A DNA stretch of 64,000 bases. It comes from Rhizophagus irregularis. Its lineage: Eukaryota. Shown piece by piece: positions 38,003 to 52,300 of the stretch (positions within the stretch are counted from its first letter, which is position 1; the number at the start of each line of letters is the position of its first letter). The notes below the pieces were generated by a model that was given only the letters and a program-made list of their open reading frames with translations, ran no database searches and was not told where the DNA came from. A program made the position numbers and the translations under genes. Where the stretch lies: NCBI RefSeq assembly GCF_026210795.1, contig NC_089430.1, positions 5,580,001-5,644,000 of the forward strand, written 5' to 3'.

Positions 38003-39403
38003 GATACATTACATCGATCTTGACGTTACTTTCAACAAACCTAAATTTCATCATACAGAAAAAAATTTATAATGATTACCAGAATTTTAATAAGATTTTA
38101 ACATTAACAAAATCAAATAATTTTATTTATTTTCTTTTTATTTTATATCTTAGAAGTGATGATAATTTAAAGCAATCACTCTAATAGAACTATTTTAGTC
38201 ATTTAAATAAAATCTTCTGTAATTAAAAAAAAAAGGTATTGATAAAGCATTAAACACAAGAAATTGAGCATGGATAAAAATCCATTGATTGGTTCAATTT
38301 CAAACATTGATCAGCCAATAAATTGTAAATTGTCGATCTCACGTGATATAAGAAATTACGTGGACGAAAAAAAAGAAAACTTTATTTTTCATAAATTTAC
38401 AACATTTACAATAAACAAAAAATTATTACAGTTTAACCACCAGTAAAAATAACTGTGTATATTCTCACAATATATAAATCATCCAAATTAAATCATAGAA
38501 TAATGAGAAATTATGAAAAATATAGATAATTAATTATCGTTTTCTTAAAAATTAATAGCTAATTTTTCTGTGATTCAATTTGAACAATCTTCGATTTTCT
38601 GAAAGAGAAAATGACGCTCTTTCCAATAACTAAAAATTATCATGATTCAATACGTCCATCTATAGTTATGGATATTTAAAGATACATAACCTTATTATTA
38701 CATAAATAACAAAAATATTCAGTTTGATTTATAAAACCTATTAATAATTAATTAACTAATTAATAATTAATGACTTATAAATTCTATGTAGTTATTTAAA
38801 CAATGAAAATTTATATTTTAAGGGGTTAACTTTCCTGTTTTAAGGTAATAAACTTACCATACAAAAATATTTCCACTATCTTGTTAAAAAGTCTCTTATA
38901 AAACCTCTTCATTTATTTTTCATAATTAGCTGTATCAACTGGATGAGACAACTGAATCTGTCGCTCGAGACATTAAAACTTCAGAAGGTTTAGCTACGTG
39001 AAATTAGTGAGGTATGCTGTCGTATATATGACATAACAAATTTAAATGGAGGATAAAATGATTAGCAAATTGTAACGTTTGAGATTAGTCTATGATAATG
39101 AGATGCTTAAAACTGATGCGTACGTAAGAAGCTAAAAGGTTTAGGAATTTATATGTTAAGGATTATAATTTAAAAATGATCTGCAAAATGGTAAGATTAA
39201 CGATTTGGCGATTTGACGATTTGTCCTAAATGTCCATAAAATCTTAAGGATCTTAAGGGGTATTTAATTACGTCATTATTGCTTCTATTATTTGCATCAA
39301 CTTCTAGAGAAACATATTCAGGTTTCACAACGTCATTTATCAGGATCTATAAAAGATAATCCGAAATCGAATCTCATTTGTCGTAAGAAATTGTAATTTT
39401 AAA

Positions 39404-39441
<38 letters not shown>

Positions 39442-40267
39442 TAATAATAGTAATCTATTTATATACGAATATTCTTTCGTATTCAAACAGAAACTTTTAC
39501 GAACCAATTTGTTAAAAGATATGTATAAAGCTCAAAAAAAAAAATTTCATTTAATATCAAAATTGTTAAATTTAAATTCAATATTTGCAGAACAACAACA
39601 ATATAGCAATGGAACGTAAATTTGTCATTTATTGTATGTAAATTGGTCATTTGCTTGTCATTTTTTTAAATAAAACTGGGATAATAATATAATGTAAATC
39701 AGATACTTATTTGAATATTAACTGATCGAAACTAGTACAAATTGTTTAATTTTCGTACAACTTTATACATACAAAAAATGTGCCAAATGAGCTAAATTTG
39801 AGAATGAATATTATATGGATTTTTTTGTTGATTATATATTGGATAAATTTCGGATGGAAATTTTTCATAGAGGCAATTTATATTTTTAAATATTTTAAAC
39901 AATATAAATGTAAATTTTTGTAATAATACTTTTGATAAATTAGCAGAATATTCTTATTTCATATAACACATTTTGAAAAGATTCCAATATGTTGTTGTAA
40001 TGATTATGGTAGGGATCATTTATTCATTTTATTTAAATAACGTCAACCTTTATAACGAATAAAAAATTTGATTTTTATCAAGAAGAGATTTATATATATA
40101 CTCTGTAAATAATTATGTGACTTATGTACTTTTAATATATTCTTTCTACGGTACGACATTTATTAATAATATTGTAATAATTTATAGTAATATTTTTTTT
40201 CAAAATTTATTGATGACGTCTTATATAAGTGAAAATTACACTAACCCAGTGGCATCGACAAAATTTA

Positions 40268-43200
40268 AACTACCCCAGTGGCACCGACAAAAATTTAGCG
40301 ATCACGTGATTTTTCTCTGTCACATGACATTTTATCATCACATCGTAAATTTGTAATACGTTAATTACTGATTGTCACTAATTACTAATAAATGATAACG
40401 CAACCGTAACACTTAGAAAAAAAGGGGGGGGGGGGTTTTTTATAACAACTTAGAAAAAAAAGGAAGTTTTTTTTATAACGACTTACAAAAAAAAATAAAC
40501 TTCCTTTTTTTTTCTCTGACAATTATAAAAGAACAAGGTAATATAATAAATGAATTTTTTAAATTTGTTTTTCGCATTTTTTTAAGAAAAACTTAACGTA
40601 TTTATTTTATAGGAACAGCATACATTAATTATGAGAAGAAAAAAAACATTCTAAACGAAAGTATGTACAATACATACATTACTCATAAAACATAGTATTA
40701 TTATTATGTTCTTTCCAAGTTTTTGGATTGGTAATTCTATTATTATATCTATTAATATCATTAACTATCTTTCTAACACCTTCTATATTTTTATTAATAG
40801 ACTTTGCCCATCGAATGTTTGATAATGCATGTTGTTCCCGAATGATTTGCAGTGCCCTTTCTAACGTATTTTCAATCTCAACAAAAATCTCTGTTGATTC
40901 TTCTTCTTGAAAATTATCTATAATTAAATTTAATTTAGTTAGTTAATTGTATCTATTTATCATTTTTTATTTAATAAATCTTATACCTAAAGAATTAGAT
41001 ACTCTTGTAGTTCCAGTCGTGATATAATCTATATTATTTTGATTTAAAGGGAAATCATGAGCCTTCATTCCAAGCAAAGGATAAACTCCTTGCCGTTGTA
41101 CTTCCTTAAAAAATTTGGGTGAAATATTTTCTTTTACAATATTAATCAAATGTTTACAAATAAAAAATCTATTTGTTAAAAAATATGGACAGCTACATAT
41201 CCATTTTTCTGAATCAGTTAAATAATTAGATGTTTGTGAAGGTTTTCTTTTGGATAATTCTTTCCAATTATGTTTGAAATCCTTTCTCCAAGAAGGTTCT
41301 TGTCTACCCATAAGATATTTATTTAACGTTGCTTCATTATGTGGAATAAGGCGGGTAATTGTGATATAAGTTACTAGATCAAGGCGAGGGCGGAAGAATT
41401 TTGGTAAATAATCTCTCTTGATAACCTTCCAGTGGGATTCTGTGAGCATTGTAGTTTTAAAAACGCAGATCTTTTCAGGTGAAGCAGAACGAGCCCAAAG
41501 AATCCACATATCATCTTGATACCAGTTAGTCCATAGATAAGCCCATAAATGAATTAAATTATGTTTATAACATAATAAATACATTTCCTTAACTGCACTT
41601 TCTTGAATGGTTTGAAATGATAAAAATTCATTTTGGGAAAAAGGGATGAGAGGATGTTGATGATAATGTTTAACAAACAAATCCAATACTTCAGAACGCA
41701 AATTTTTAGGACAAAAGGCAACATTATTTAAAGAATTAGTAGTTGTTGATGATACAAATGAAAGAATCCATTGTCTATCTATGAAATCATATTGTTGATT
41801 AGAATTAAGTAAAGAATGATGACTAAAATTTTTGAGTTCATTATCTGATAATTTTTTTTTAAGAGCTCTTTTAGCATGCCATAGACAAATTTGAATTTTT
41901 GCATCTGGCCAAGTAGATTGAGCTGCATTAATTTGTGAAAAGTCTTTATCAGTAAGAAAATATTCAATATTTTTTAATCCAATTTTTTTCAATTCTTGAA
42001 AAAAATTAGTTAAAATAGATGTTCTAATTCCATTGTTTTTTTTTGCATTATCTAGAAAAAGATATGCCGCTGAAAATCCAGCTCCATCTATTTGTCCAAT
42101 GATGGCATATAATTCATATTTGAGTGCATTTGTTTTATCTATAAAATTAGTAAACATATCAAATATATTAAATAAATATGAATGCCAAATACAGATGCTA
42201 GATATAAAATATTTCAAACTATACTTACAAGTAGCATCAACTAATATTTCATTATTATTGATTAATTTCTGAAATGGTGGTGTAATAAAACCTATGTATT
42301 TGACGTCCCCATTCAAATCCATGAATATTATGTTATAATCATTTTCATTTAATAATAAATGAGTTGAAATTAATTGGTTTTGATTTCTTTCATACTTTTT
42401 TTTCATTAATTTAGTCCACCAATAATGTATTTGCTTTTGAGTAATATTTGGATTTCTTAATTCTAGTTGTCCAAATATTTCTGCTGGTGAAAGATGTATT
42501 TGGGAATTAATAAATTTTGTTATCTATTCGTCAATTAGATACCTTTCTGGCCTCTTATGAAGTATACTATGCGTGGCGTTGATCGTTGCCTGTTGATCAT
42601 TAGTATTGATTATGATTTTGATTGCGCTATCACAATCAAACCTTTCTATTGGTATTTTATCTCTATTTTTCTCCTCATTTACATTTTTTCTAGGTCTTTT
42701 TGCTAAAGATCTGTCTTGAGAACATTTATACCAATAAGTATAAATTTTGTCATCTTTCTTTGAATGATACTCTTTGCTATAACTATATAGATATAAAAAA
42801 TAAGTTAATTACAAATAATAAATAATTAACTGTTAACATAAAAGCCATTTAAAAGAAACTAGTACTCACATATAATAATATCCATCCACCTCGCCAATAA
42901 AATTCTTTACGTTGTCTGCCATTTCTTTTGGTGTTTTATTTGATAGAAAAGAAATATCAATAATACAAGAAAATTCTATTCCAGATTCACAATTTTCTAA
43001 ATATTCCTCTTTCCCAATATCATTAATCATCTCAGATAAGCGTTGATCTAATTCTTTATAACTAAGAATCAAAAAATTTTCGTCTGGAATCAAAATATTT
43101 TTGTCTGTTTTTTTTCTTTTACTATTATATTCATTATTTTGTTTTCTACAAGTAATACATCGTTTATAGAAGTTACCTTTTTGATTATTAATAAAAAGGG

Positions 43201-43457
43201 ACTGATCAAAAGATTTATAACACTTTACACAAGTAATCAATGTCATTTTATTTTATTTTATTGGAAAAAAGTGAAGAAAGAGAAAAAAAAAGAAATTGTT
43301 ACGCGTATTACATATTTATTATTATGATCCAATAATTAGTGAAATCATTTGTCACAGTAGTCACGTATTACAAATTTACGATGTGATGATAAAATGTGAT
43401 GTGACAGAGAAAAAATCACGTGATCGCTAAATTTTTGTCGGTGCCACTGGGGTAGTT
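40268..43457. mobile_element. Mutator-like element (MULE)
   Basis: ~94-bp near-perfect TIRs starting AACTACCCCAGTGGCACCGAC; 9-bp TSD CAAAATTTA at 40259-40267 and 43458-43466. Confidence 0.95.
40679..43246 (-). pseudogene. MULE transposase with SWIM finger and one nonsense codon; exons 43246-42870, 42782-42229, 42138-40987, 40917-40679
   Basis: Spliced DATYKTN, LTDKD, CLWH, TESHW, CSCPYFLTNRFFICKH; in-frame TAG at 42524-42526. Confidence 0.88.
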
Positions 43458-43696
43458 CAAAATTTACTGCATACTGCGGTGCCAAAGTTGAGCATCGACT
43501 GATTGATTGGTAACAGGTAATACAGGTAATACTAAATGACGCTGTACGCTTGTACGACTATCATCGGAGAAAAAAAAGTATAAAATAGGTATACACAATA
43601 AAACTTTAATAATTTTTACTTTTTCACTTTTTCCTTAACTTTATTGTTATCATTATTCAATAATCAATACATTTGATAACGCTCAATAATATCAAA

Positions 43697-44725
43697 ATGC
43701 AAGATACCGAGTATACAAATGAACAAGAATTTAATGATATTTCTTTAAGTACTAATAATTCAGAATTACAAGGAGATTTATCTCAACTTATTCAAAATTT
43801 TGATAAAATGAATATTAAAGAAATTGATCCTATAGTGATATTAAATAAACAAGAAAATTTTGCAATTGAAGATTTTAACATTATAGTTGATCTAATACAT
43901 GATTTTATTTTTAAATTTATAAATAAAGGACTTGAAATATATTCAGTGAAACAACTAGTTATTGAATATTTTAATAATTATAATTTAAATTCACAAAAAT
44001 TTTATAATTGGTTATTAGATAATCAAAATAGTTTAAATTCTATTTTTATTCTTGGATATTTTGATTATTATGGAATTGAAATAAATAAAAATTATGAGAA
44101 CGCATTTAATTTGTTTATTAATGCGTCAGAAAAAAATCATATTTTAGCACAATATTTTGTTGGTGAATGTTATTTTTATGGAAAAGGAACTATTAAAAAT
44201 GGTAAGTTAGCTATTGAATATTATGAAAAAACAGTTGATAAAAATTTTACACCTGGACAAGTAAGCGTTGGTTATTGTTATGGAGAAGGAATAGGTGTTG
44301 AAAAGGATTTAAAAAAGGCTTTATATTGGTATGAAATAGCTGCAAATAATGGTAGCCTAATGGCAATATTTAATCTTGGTAATTGTTATATAAATGAAAG
44401 TTGTATTGAAAAAGATTATAATAAAGCTTTTAAATTGTTTAAGCAATCAGCTGAAGGAGGATATTCAGAAGGAATAATGATGCTAGGATATTGTTATTAT
44501 AATGGTATTGGAACTAAAATTAATGAGCAAAAAGCATTTGGATTATATCAAAATGCTGCAAATTTGGGAAATATTATAGCACAACATAATCTTGCTTTAA
44601 TGTATGAAACGGGAGATGGAATTACAAAAGATATAGGTAAAGCAATTTATTGGTATGAAAAATCTGCCAAACAAGGATATAAAAGTGCACAAAAAAGATT
44701 AAAGAAACTTCAAAAAAATCAATAA
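43697..44725 (+). CDS. Sel1-like repeat protein (about 6 repeats)
   Basis: Repeats such as AQHNLALMYETGDGITKDIGKAIYWYEKSA; first ATG at 43697. Confidence 0.9.
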   Translation: MQDTEYTNEQEFNDISLSTNNSELQGDLSQLIQNFDKMNIKEIDPIVILNKQENFAIEDFNIIVDLIHDFIFKFINKGLEIYSVKQLVIEYFNNYNLNSQKFYNWLLDNQNSLNSIFILGYFDYYGIEINKNYENAFNLFINASEKNHILAQYFVGECYFYGKGTIKNGKLAIEYYEKTVDKNFTPGQVSVGYCYGEGIGVEKDLKKALYWYEIAANNGSLMAIFNLGNCYINESCIEKDYNKAFKLFKQSAEGGYSEGIMMLGYCYYNGIGTKINEQKAFGLYQNAANLGNIIAQHNLALMYETGDGITKDIGKAIYWYEKSAKQGYKSAQKRLKKLQKNQ

Positions 44726-44949
44726 TTTATAATAATTTTCCCTTAATTATTAAATTGTAAAACTTTAAATCATTTATTTACAGAATTACAGTATTTTTTT
44801 TTACAAGGTTATAAATTTAAAAATATAAATAAATAGATTGTTATAATTTTAGCTATTTTATATATATAATCATTTTTATATATAGTAAATTTCTTTTATA
44901 TTTTTTTGTAATATCATAATATCTTTCTTTTTAAATTAAAATTTCTTTC

Positions 44950-45824
44950 AAATATTAAAAATTTTAAAATGCAAAAATTTAATGCTTACATTCTTTCTAT
45001 ATGTGGAAGTTGTAAATTAGCAAATCTTCAAAAATTCTATCATTACTAGATGATATTTCAAGTTCTTGTGAATTTACTAATTTAGTAAGAAATGAATCTG
45101 AATTTTGGTTCTGTCCAGCATAAATTTCTAATTTGACTAAAGTATCAGGAAGTTTTGACAATATTAAAGTTAACCTATGCAATATTGTACCAAAATATTT
45201 TAAATTTTTTTGAACAGGAATAAATTTTCTGAAATTAAATATGAGAAATGATCTATGTATAATAATACAATATTGTGACATATTTTTATAGTTGAATAAA
45301 AATTTCAGATGTAAATTTCGAATCACATTGTAATTCTGAGATTTTTAAATCAATCTTTAGCTTTAGGATGAAGAATAAAAATTGGCGCATTATGACCATA
45401 TTCAAATAAAAATAACTCCTTTAAAGCAGAGACCTGATTCTCATAAGCATTTTACAAATTTTTTGCATCACTATTTGTTTATGTGTACTACTGTAAAAAA
45501 TATGTAATAGAATAATTCTTTGTTTACTAATTAGGCTTGAAATCCTTTTTAAATATGTCTGATTGATAAAACTATACAAAATGATGCATAATTAAATATT
45601 GGAAATTTTGTAGTTGGGTTAAAATTTTGATTCCATTTTATATAAAATTTCTTTTGATTCACTTGGAAGACAAGAAGCTAAAGTACTAATATTTGAAATA
45701 TAATTACAACTGAAGCCTCACACCAAGTTGATTAACTAATAAATATGAATATAAAGTGAATCGACCATCAGTCATCTAAATATTCAAAAATATCATTCAA
45801 GCAATCTGTCAGAAGTTGAGACAT
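44950..45824 (-). pseudogene. Degenerate F-box/LRR (RNI-like) gene
   Basis: Starts MSQLLTDCLNDIFEYLDD; fragments LYSYLLVN, TLASCLPSESKE, PIFNYASFC; many stops and frameshifts. Confidence 0.7.
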
Positions 45825-48800
45825 TTGTTTTATATGATAAACGACTATAATTTTTAAAATAAGATGAAAAGTCGCTTTTTATGATTGAAATAAACTCCTG
45901 ATCAACAAAGGATCTAACCTTGTCTCAAGTCTCTTGATTAATACCTAGCCATGGCGCAGCGCATAAAATTCATGTGCACATTTTTTTTAGGGAGCATAAT
46001 TTTAGTTGTGTGAAGTTTTATTAATGTGCACAAATGAATTGTTCAGATTTTATACACTGCTATAGTAAAAAAAGTGGCTATCATGTGATTTTTGGCCTGC
46101 ATTGCGCCGTTATGATGAAATTTTATGTGATGAATAACTTGTGACGAATAAGTTTTCTCCTACTTGAAAAAAAAATAGTGAAACGCGGAGGGTGAGGCGC
46201 CGTGATGAATAAATGGCTGTCATGTAACAGCCATATTTTTCGCTATAGCTAGGTTTTCTAATTACTTGATCATTACCATACTCTAAGAAATTTAGAAACC
46301 CTTGATTTATCATAGGAAGTACATAGCCAGAGAATATCCAAAAAATTGTTCAGTTTGTTATTAAAACATACAATAAAAGTACAACGTAAAAAAACTAATA
46401 ATTCAAAAACGTTCTTTTTTTCTTTAATGAACATACATAAAAAAGAAATGCTATCAAAAACTATAATTGCTCCTTTTTATAAAATTTTTTTTTTGAAACC
46501 AACTTTATTATAGAAAGAATATATTATCTTTTTATTTTATTTATTTATTTATTTATTTTTGCATTATTATTAATTACTATAAATACTCGCATTGTAAATA
46601 CAGTACATTAAATAATTACTGTATTGAGAAAAAGAGATTTCCAAATAACAATCCAGCCATAATTACATTGACTAATTTGACTATGAAATCGTTTAAGATT
46701 TCTGGAGAAATTCATTTAATTATATGAAAAGGATATCAAATACTAACCTAATCCGCAATAACATTTCTATCTAAAAAATAATTAAAATTGAAAAAAAATT
46801 ATTTATTCAATTTTTATTACATTATATCGTTCTGTAATTATTTACAAAAATTTTGTGAGCAGTATATTATACTTGCATATTTTATCATTTCTTTTTCGAA
46901 TTATATGAAGAATTTATTAGCAGATGGTCTTTATAAAACTGCAATTTTAAGAAGATTAAAAGCCGAACTTTTTAAATTAAAAGTGAAAATGTTGATTAGA
47001 TAACATCTGATAATAAAAATTCAGGCAATGTTATTTAAACTTTTTAAGGAATCACCAAAACTCTATAATAGTATAAACTAGTTGCACTGCCATATTGTGC
47101 CCGTGTTAATACTCTAAGATTGAAAACTTAGTTGGAACTTGGAAGGGTATAGTATATTTGAGAATCCTAATTAAAAAATAGGTTAGTAGTTATGCATACT
47201 ATATTGCCTTCAACGAAATAGCACTTAAAACATATTACTAATTAAATTAAGTATAAATAAAGTGCAATGATATTACACGAAGATTTCATTTATCTGGCCT
47301 TTAATATTGTCAAACACAAATCTGAAATTTATCTGATAACGTGTTTTACCTAATTTGAAATACCGAAATAGTGTAGAAGTTGTAATTTAATTGTAAGTAA
47401 ATTAAAAAGAAAGGTAAAAATCAATATTTAATTTACGTGGAGAATAATGAAAGTAGGATTATTAACTAAAGGAAAGAGAGAAATTCAGATAATACTTTAT
47501 TAATTGCAAACTGTATGAGACATACCGACAGAAATACGAAAATTTAATAAAGAGATTGTTAATTAAGAAATTTAATATGAAAATTGATGTAATTGATTAT
47601 TTGATAAATAAGAATGGAGAAAAAATTACCGAAATTAATTATGGAAACTAATAGAGACGAAGGAATAGTCTTAGTATGCAATGATAAACAAGCGTGTAGC
47701 TACTACAATTAATATAGATGAAATTAATATTGATAGAGCAATATTGACCTGTAAAATATTAGATTTATATCATCCACTTTTTCTCGTCAGCATCTACAAT
47801 TTTGACAATTAATTGGAAGTCACGAACTATACTAAGTAAACGGAAACTACTGAAATCCGTCGTTTATTATGATTCTCTGTAAAAATAATAAATATAAATC
47901 ACATATTACAAATGAATAACAAGTAATACAAAAATTGTTTTGATGAGCAAGGCAATTTTATTTAGTACATAGCAATAGAATGTCCATCGCTATGCTTTAG
48001 AAAATAAAAAAAAATTATCTAAAAAATAAAATTTAAAATAGAATATAGTACTACCTTCATGTTTTAAATAAAATTAGAAATTCTGGATTATTAATTTTTA
48101 GGCCATATTTTTTCTGATGCATTGATCTCATCAAATTGTAATACTGTACAATGAATGACATACTCTATCATAGAAGAAAAGACACTTAAATAAAAAGAAT
48201 TTTTTGTTTAAACGTTTATTTAATTATATTTTTATTGCAAAAATAGTGACGTGGCAAAATGATGTAAAATAGAAACTAAAAAATGAAAATATTAAAGTAC
48301 TCAATCAAGAATCGAAGATATTATTCAATGTGTGGGACAAATAGTACATATATATATATATATATATAATACAGTAGACATAACTAATAAAGTTATTCTA
48401 TCTAGCTACTAACTCGTCTATGACGGAAGCAGGCAAACTACACCTACTTACTAAGTCTACTGCTAAAATATACTAAATACATAAGAAAAAATAAAGCTAA
48501 TTAATTTCCATCCGATAGAAATGTTTTGACGTTAGGCAATATTGCCATTTGACTACGTATTTTAACCCTCACTCGCGTCCAGAAAAAACAAACCTTACTT
48601 TTCCCATTTACCAATGGATCCCTTTCAATTCGAAAAATATATTTGTTATTCAATTGTCATTGTTACCCGCTTATAAAGTGCTCGATTTGTCCAATACGAA
48701 TGTCAATATTTCCTCACATGATTTGCTGCGATTCTGCCAATCGAGTGAAAAATTGTCCTCTGTTGATGTTTTGTGTAACCACAAATCACCTCATTTCCCG

Positions 48801-49353
48801 TAAATCTAATTGGTACCTCAAAAATTCTTCATTACCATTTTGATTTACGATCACGTGATAATCTGATGCTGACTGCCACAAGGGAGATTTGTTTAAGCCA
48901 CAACCGCATAATCCTTATTTTATTTGCTAATCTTATTGGAGCAAAATGCTGAAAAAAATGCTTCTCATAATCTTGATGTGAAAAATAAACAAGTTTATTT
49001 TTTTTTCTTATCATAGAAAAAATCTGTATGGTGGAATACGTGATAATAATAAAGCACTGATCTGCATTGGAAATTCCAACAATGGGATCGTTTAAATTTG
49101 GACAGTATTACAGCATTAAGAAATTATGCCAAATAAGGAAATAGTTTTCACTAACTGAATAAATTCTAATTCCCCAGAATACTTACTAAAAATGAGGACA
49201 TGTTGCAACCGAAATTTTTTTTTTTATTGTAATTTCTACTTTTGCTTAAAATATTCCTTTTTATAGTAAATAATAAAAAAATTTTTTGTCTAAAAAATTT
49301 GTCTATAAAAAATAAAATTTTTTTTTTCAGTAAAACAAATTTCTTAATAACCA

Positions 49354-52300
49354 ATGGAAACTGTATTTAACAAATTAAATATCTCGGATAAATATACTGA
49401 TACAATAGGTACCAAAAATTGCTCATATTGCAATATACCTTTTACTGATGAAGAATTGTGGTGTAAGGAATGTATTAATTCTTTAGAAAAATTAGCAGAA
49501 AATGGTGATAAAGAAGCAATGTTTAATTTAGCCAACTGTTATAAGAATGAAAAAGGTATGGAAAAGAATTTAGAAAAAGCCTTTAATTGTTATCAAAAGG
49601 CAGCAGAAAAAAATCATGTTGATGCAATGTTTGGTTTAGTTGCATGTTATAGAAAAGGAGTAGGAACAGAAAAAAATTTTGAAAAAGCATTTCATTGGTG
49701 TCAAAAAGCAGCAGAAAGAGATCATATTGATGCAATTTATCGTTTAGCTGCATTTTATAGAAATGGAATAGGAACAGAAAAGAATTTAGAAAAAGCATTT
49801 CATTGGTGTCAAAAAGCAGCAGAAAAAAATCATATTGATGCAATGTTTGGTTTAGCAATATGCTATGAAAATGGAGAAGGAATAGGAAAGAATTTAGAAA
49901 AAGCCTTTAATTGTTATCAAAAAGCAGCAATAAAGGATCATATTGATGCAATGTTTAGTTTAGCTAACCACTATTATATTGGAGTAGGAACAGAAAAGAA
50001 TTTTGAAAAAGCATTTAATTGGTGTCAAAAAGCAGAAAAAGATCATATTGATGCCATTTATTGTTTAGCTGCATTTTATAGAAATGGAATAGGAACAGAA
50101 AAGAATTTAGAAAAAGCCTTTCATTGGTTTCAAAAAGCAGCAGAAAAAAATCATATTAATGCAATATTTGGCTTAGCAATATGCTATGAAAATGGAGAAG
50201 GAATAGGAAAGAATTTAGAAAAAGCCTTTAATTGTTATCAAAAAGCAGCAATAAAGGATCATATTGATGCAATGTTTAGTTTAGCTAACCACTATTATAT
50301 TGGAGTAGGAACAGAAAAGAATTTTGAAAAAGCATTTAATTGGTGTCAAAAAGCAGCAGAAAAAGATCATATTGATGCCATTTATTGTTTAGCTGCATTT
50401 TATAGAAATGGAATAGGAACAGAAAAGAATTTAGAAAAAGCCTTTCATTGGTTTCAAAAAGCAGCAGAAAAAAATCATATTAATGCAATATTTGGCTTAG
50501 CAATATGCTATGAAAATGGAGAAGGAACAGGAAAGAATTTAGAAAAAGCCTTTGATTGTTATCAAAAAGCAGCAGAAAATGATCATATTGATGCAATGAT
50601 TGGTTTAGCTGTATGTTATGGGAATGGAGAAGGAACAGAAAAAAATTTAGAAAAAGCATATCATTGGTATCAAAAAGCAGCAGAAAAAGATTATATTGAT
50701 GCAATGTATGGTTTAGCTACATTTTATAGAAATGGAGTAGGAACAGAAAAGAATTTTGAAAAAGCCTTTCATTGGTTTCAAAAAGCAGCAGAAAAAGATC
50801 ATATTGATGCAATATTTAGTTTAGCTAATCACTATTATAATGGAGAAGGAACAGAAAAGAATTTAGAAAAAGCATTTCATTGGTATCAAAAAGCAGCAAA
50901 AAAAGACCATATTGTTGCAATGTATAGCTTAGCTGCATTTTATAGAAATGGAGTAGGAACAGAAAAGAATTTAGAAAAAGCCTTTTATTGGTTTCAGAAA
51001 GCAGCAGAAAAAAATCATATTAATGCAATGTTTGGCTTAGCAATGTGCTATGAAAATGGAGAAGGAACAGAAAAAAATTTAGAAAAAACCTTTCAGTGGT
51101 GTCAAAAAGCAGCAGAAAAAGATCATATTAATGCAATGTTTAGTTTAGCTAATCACTATTATAATGGAGTAGGAATAGAAAAGAATTTAGAAAAAGCCTT
51201 TTATTGGTTTCAAAAAGCAGCAGAAAATGATCATATTGATGCAATGATTGGTTTAGCTGCATGTTATGGGAATGGAGAAGAAACAGAAAAGAATTTTGAA
51301 AAAGCGTTTCATTGGTGTCAAAAAGCAGCAGAGAAAGACCATATTATCGCAATGTATTGTTTAGCTATATTTTATAGAAATGGAGTAGGAACAGAAAAGA
51401 ATTTAGAAAAAGCATTTCATTGGTTTCAAAAAGCAGCAGAAAAAGATCATATTGATGCAATATATAGTTTAGCTACATTTTATAGAAATGGAGTAGGAAC
51501 AGAAAAGAATTTAGAAAAAGCATTTCATTGGTTTCAAAAAGCAGCAGAAAAAGATCATATTGATGCAATATATAGTTTAGCTACATTTTATAGAAATGGA
51601 GTAGGAACAGAAAAGTATTTAGAAAAAGCCTTTCATTGGTGTCAAAAAGCAGCAGAAAAAGATCATATTGATGCAATGTTTAGTTTAGCTAATCACTATT
51701 ATAATGGAGAAGGAACAGAAAAGAATTTAGAAAAAGCCTTTCAGTGGTGTCAAAAAGCAGCAGAAAAAGATCATATTAATGCAATGTTTAGTTTAGCTAA
51801 TCACTATTATAATGGAGTAGGAATAGAAAAGAATTTAGAAAAAGCCTTTTATTGGTTTCAAAAAGCAGCAGAAAATGATCATATTGATGCAATGATTGGT
51901 TTAGCTGCATGTTATGGGAATGGAGAAGAAACAGAAAAGAATTTTGAAAAAGCGTTTCATTGGTGTCAAAAAGCAGCAGAGAAAGACCATATTATCGCAA
52001 TGTATTGTTTAGCTATATTTTATAGAAATGGAGTAGGAACAGAAAAGAATTTAGAAAAAGCATTTCATTGGTTTCAAAAAGCAGCAGAAAAAGATCATAT
52101 TGATGCAATATATAGTTTAGCTACATTTTATAGAAATGGAGTAGGAACAGAAAAGAATTTAGAAAAAGCATTTCATTGGTTTCAAAAAGCAGCAGAAAAA
52201 GATCATATTGATGCAATATATAGTTTAGCTACATTTTATAGAAATGGAGTAGGAACAGAAAAGTATTTAGAAAAAGCCTTTCATTGGTGTCAAAAAGCAG

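Noticed and set aside
39406..39440. Long poly-T as a retrocopy tail
   Set aside because: No convincing TSD or body identified
47100..47760. Possible degenerate LINE ORF2 fragment
   Set aside because: Purine-rich coding-like texture but no motif I could read confidently
48348..48490. (TA)n with adjacent LINE-3'UTR-like sequence
   Set aside because: No TSD found; resemblance is only impressionistic
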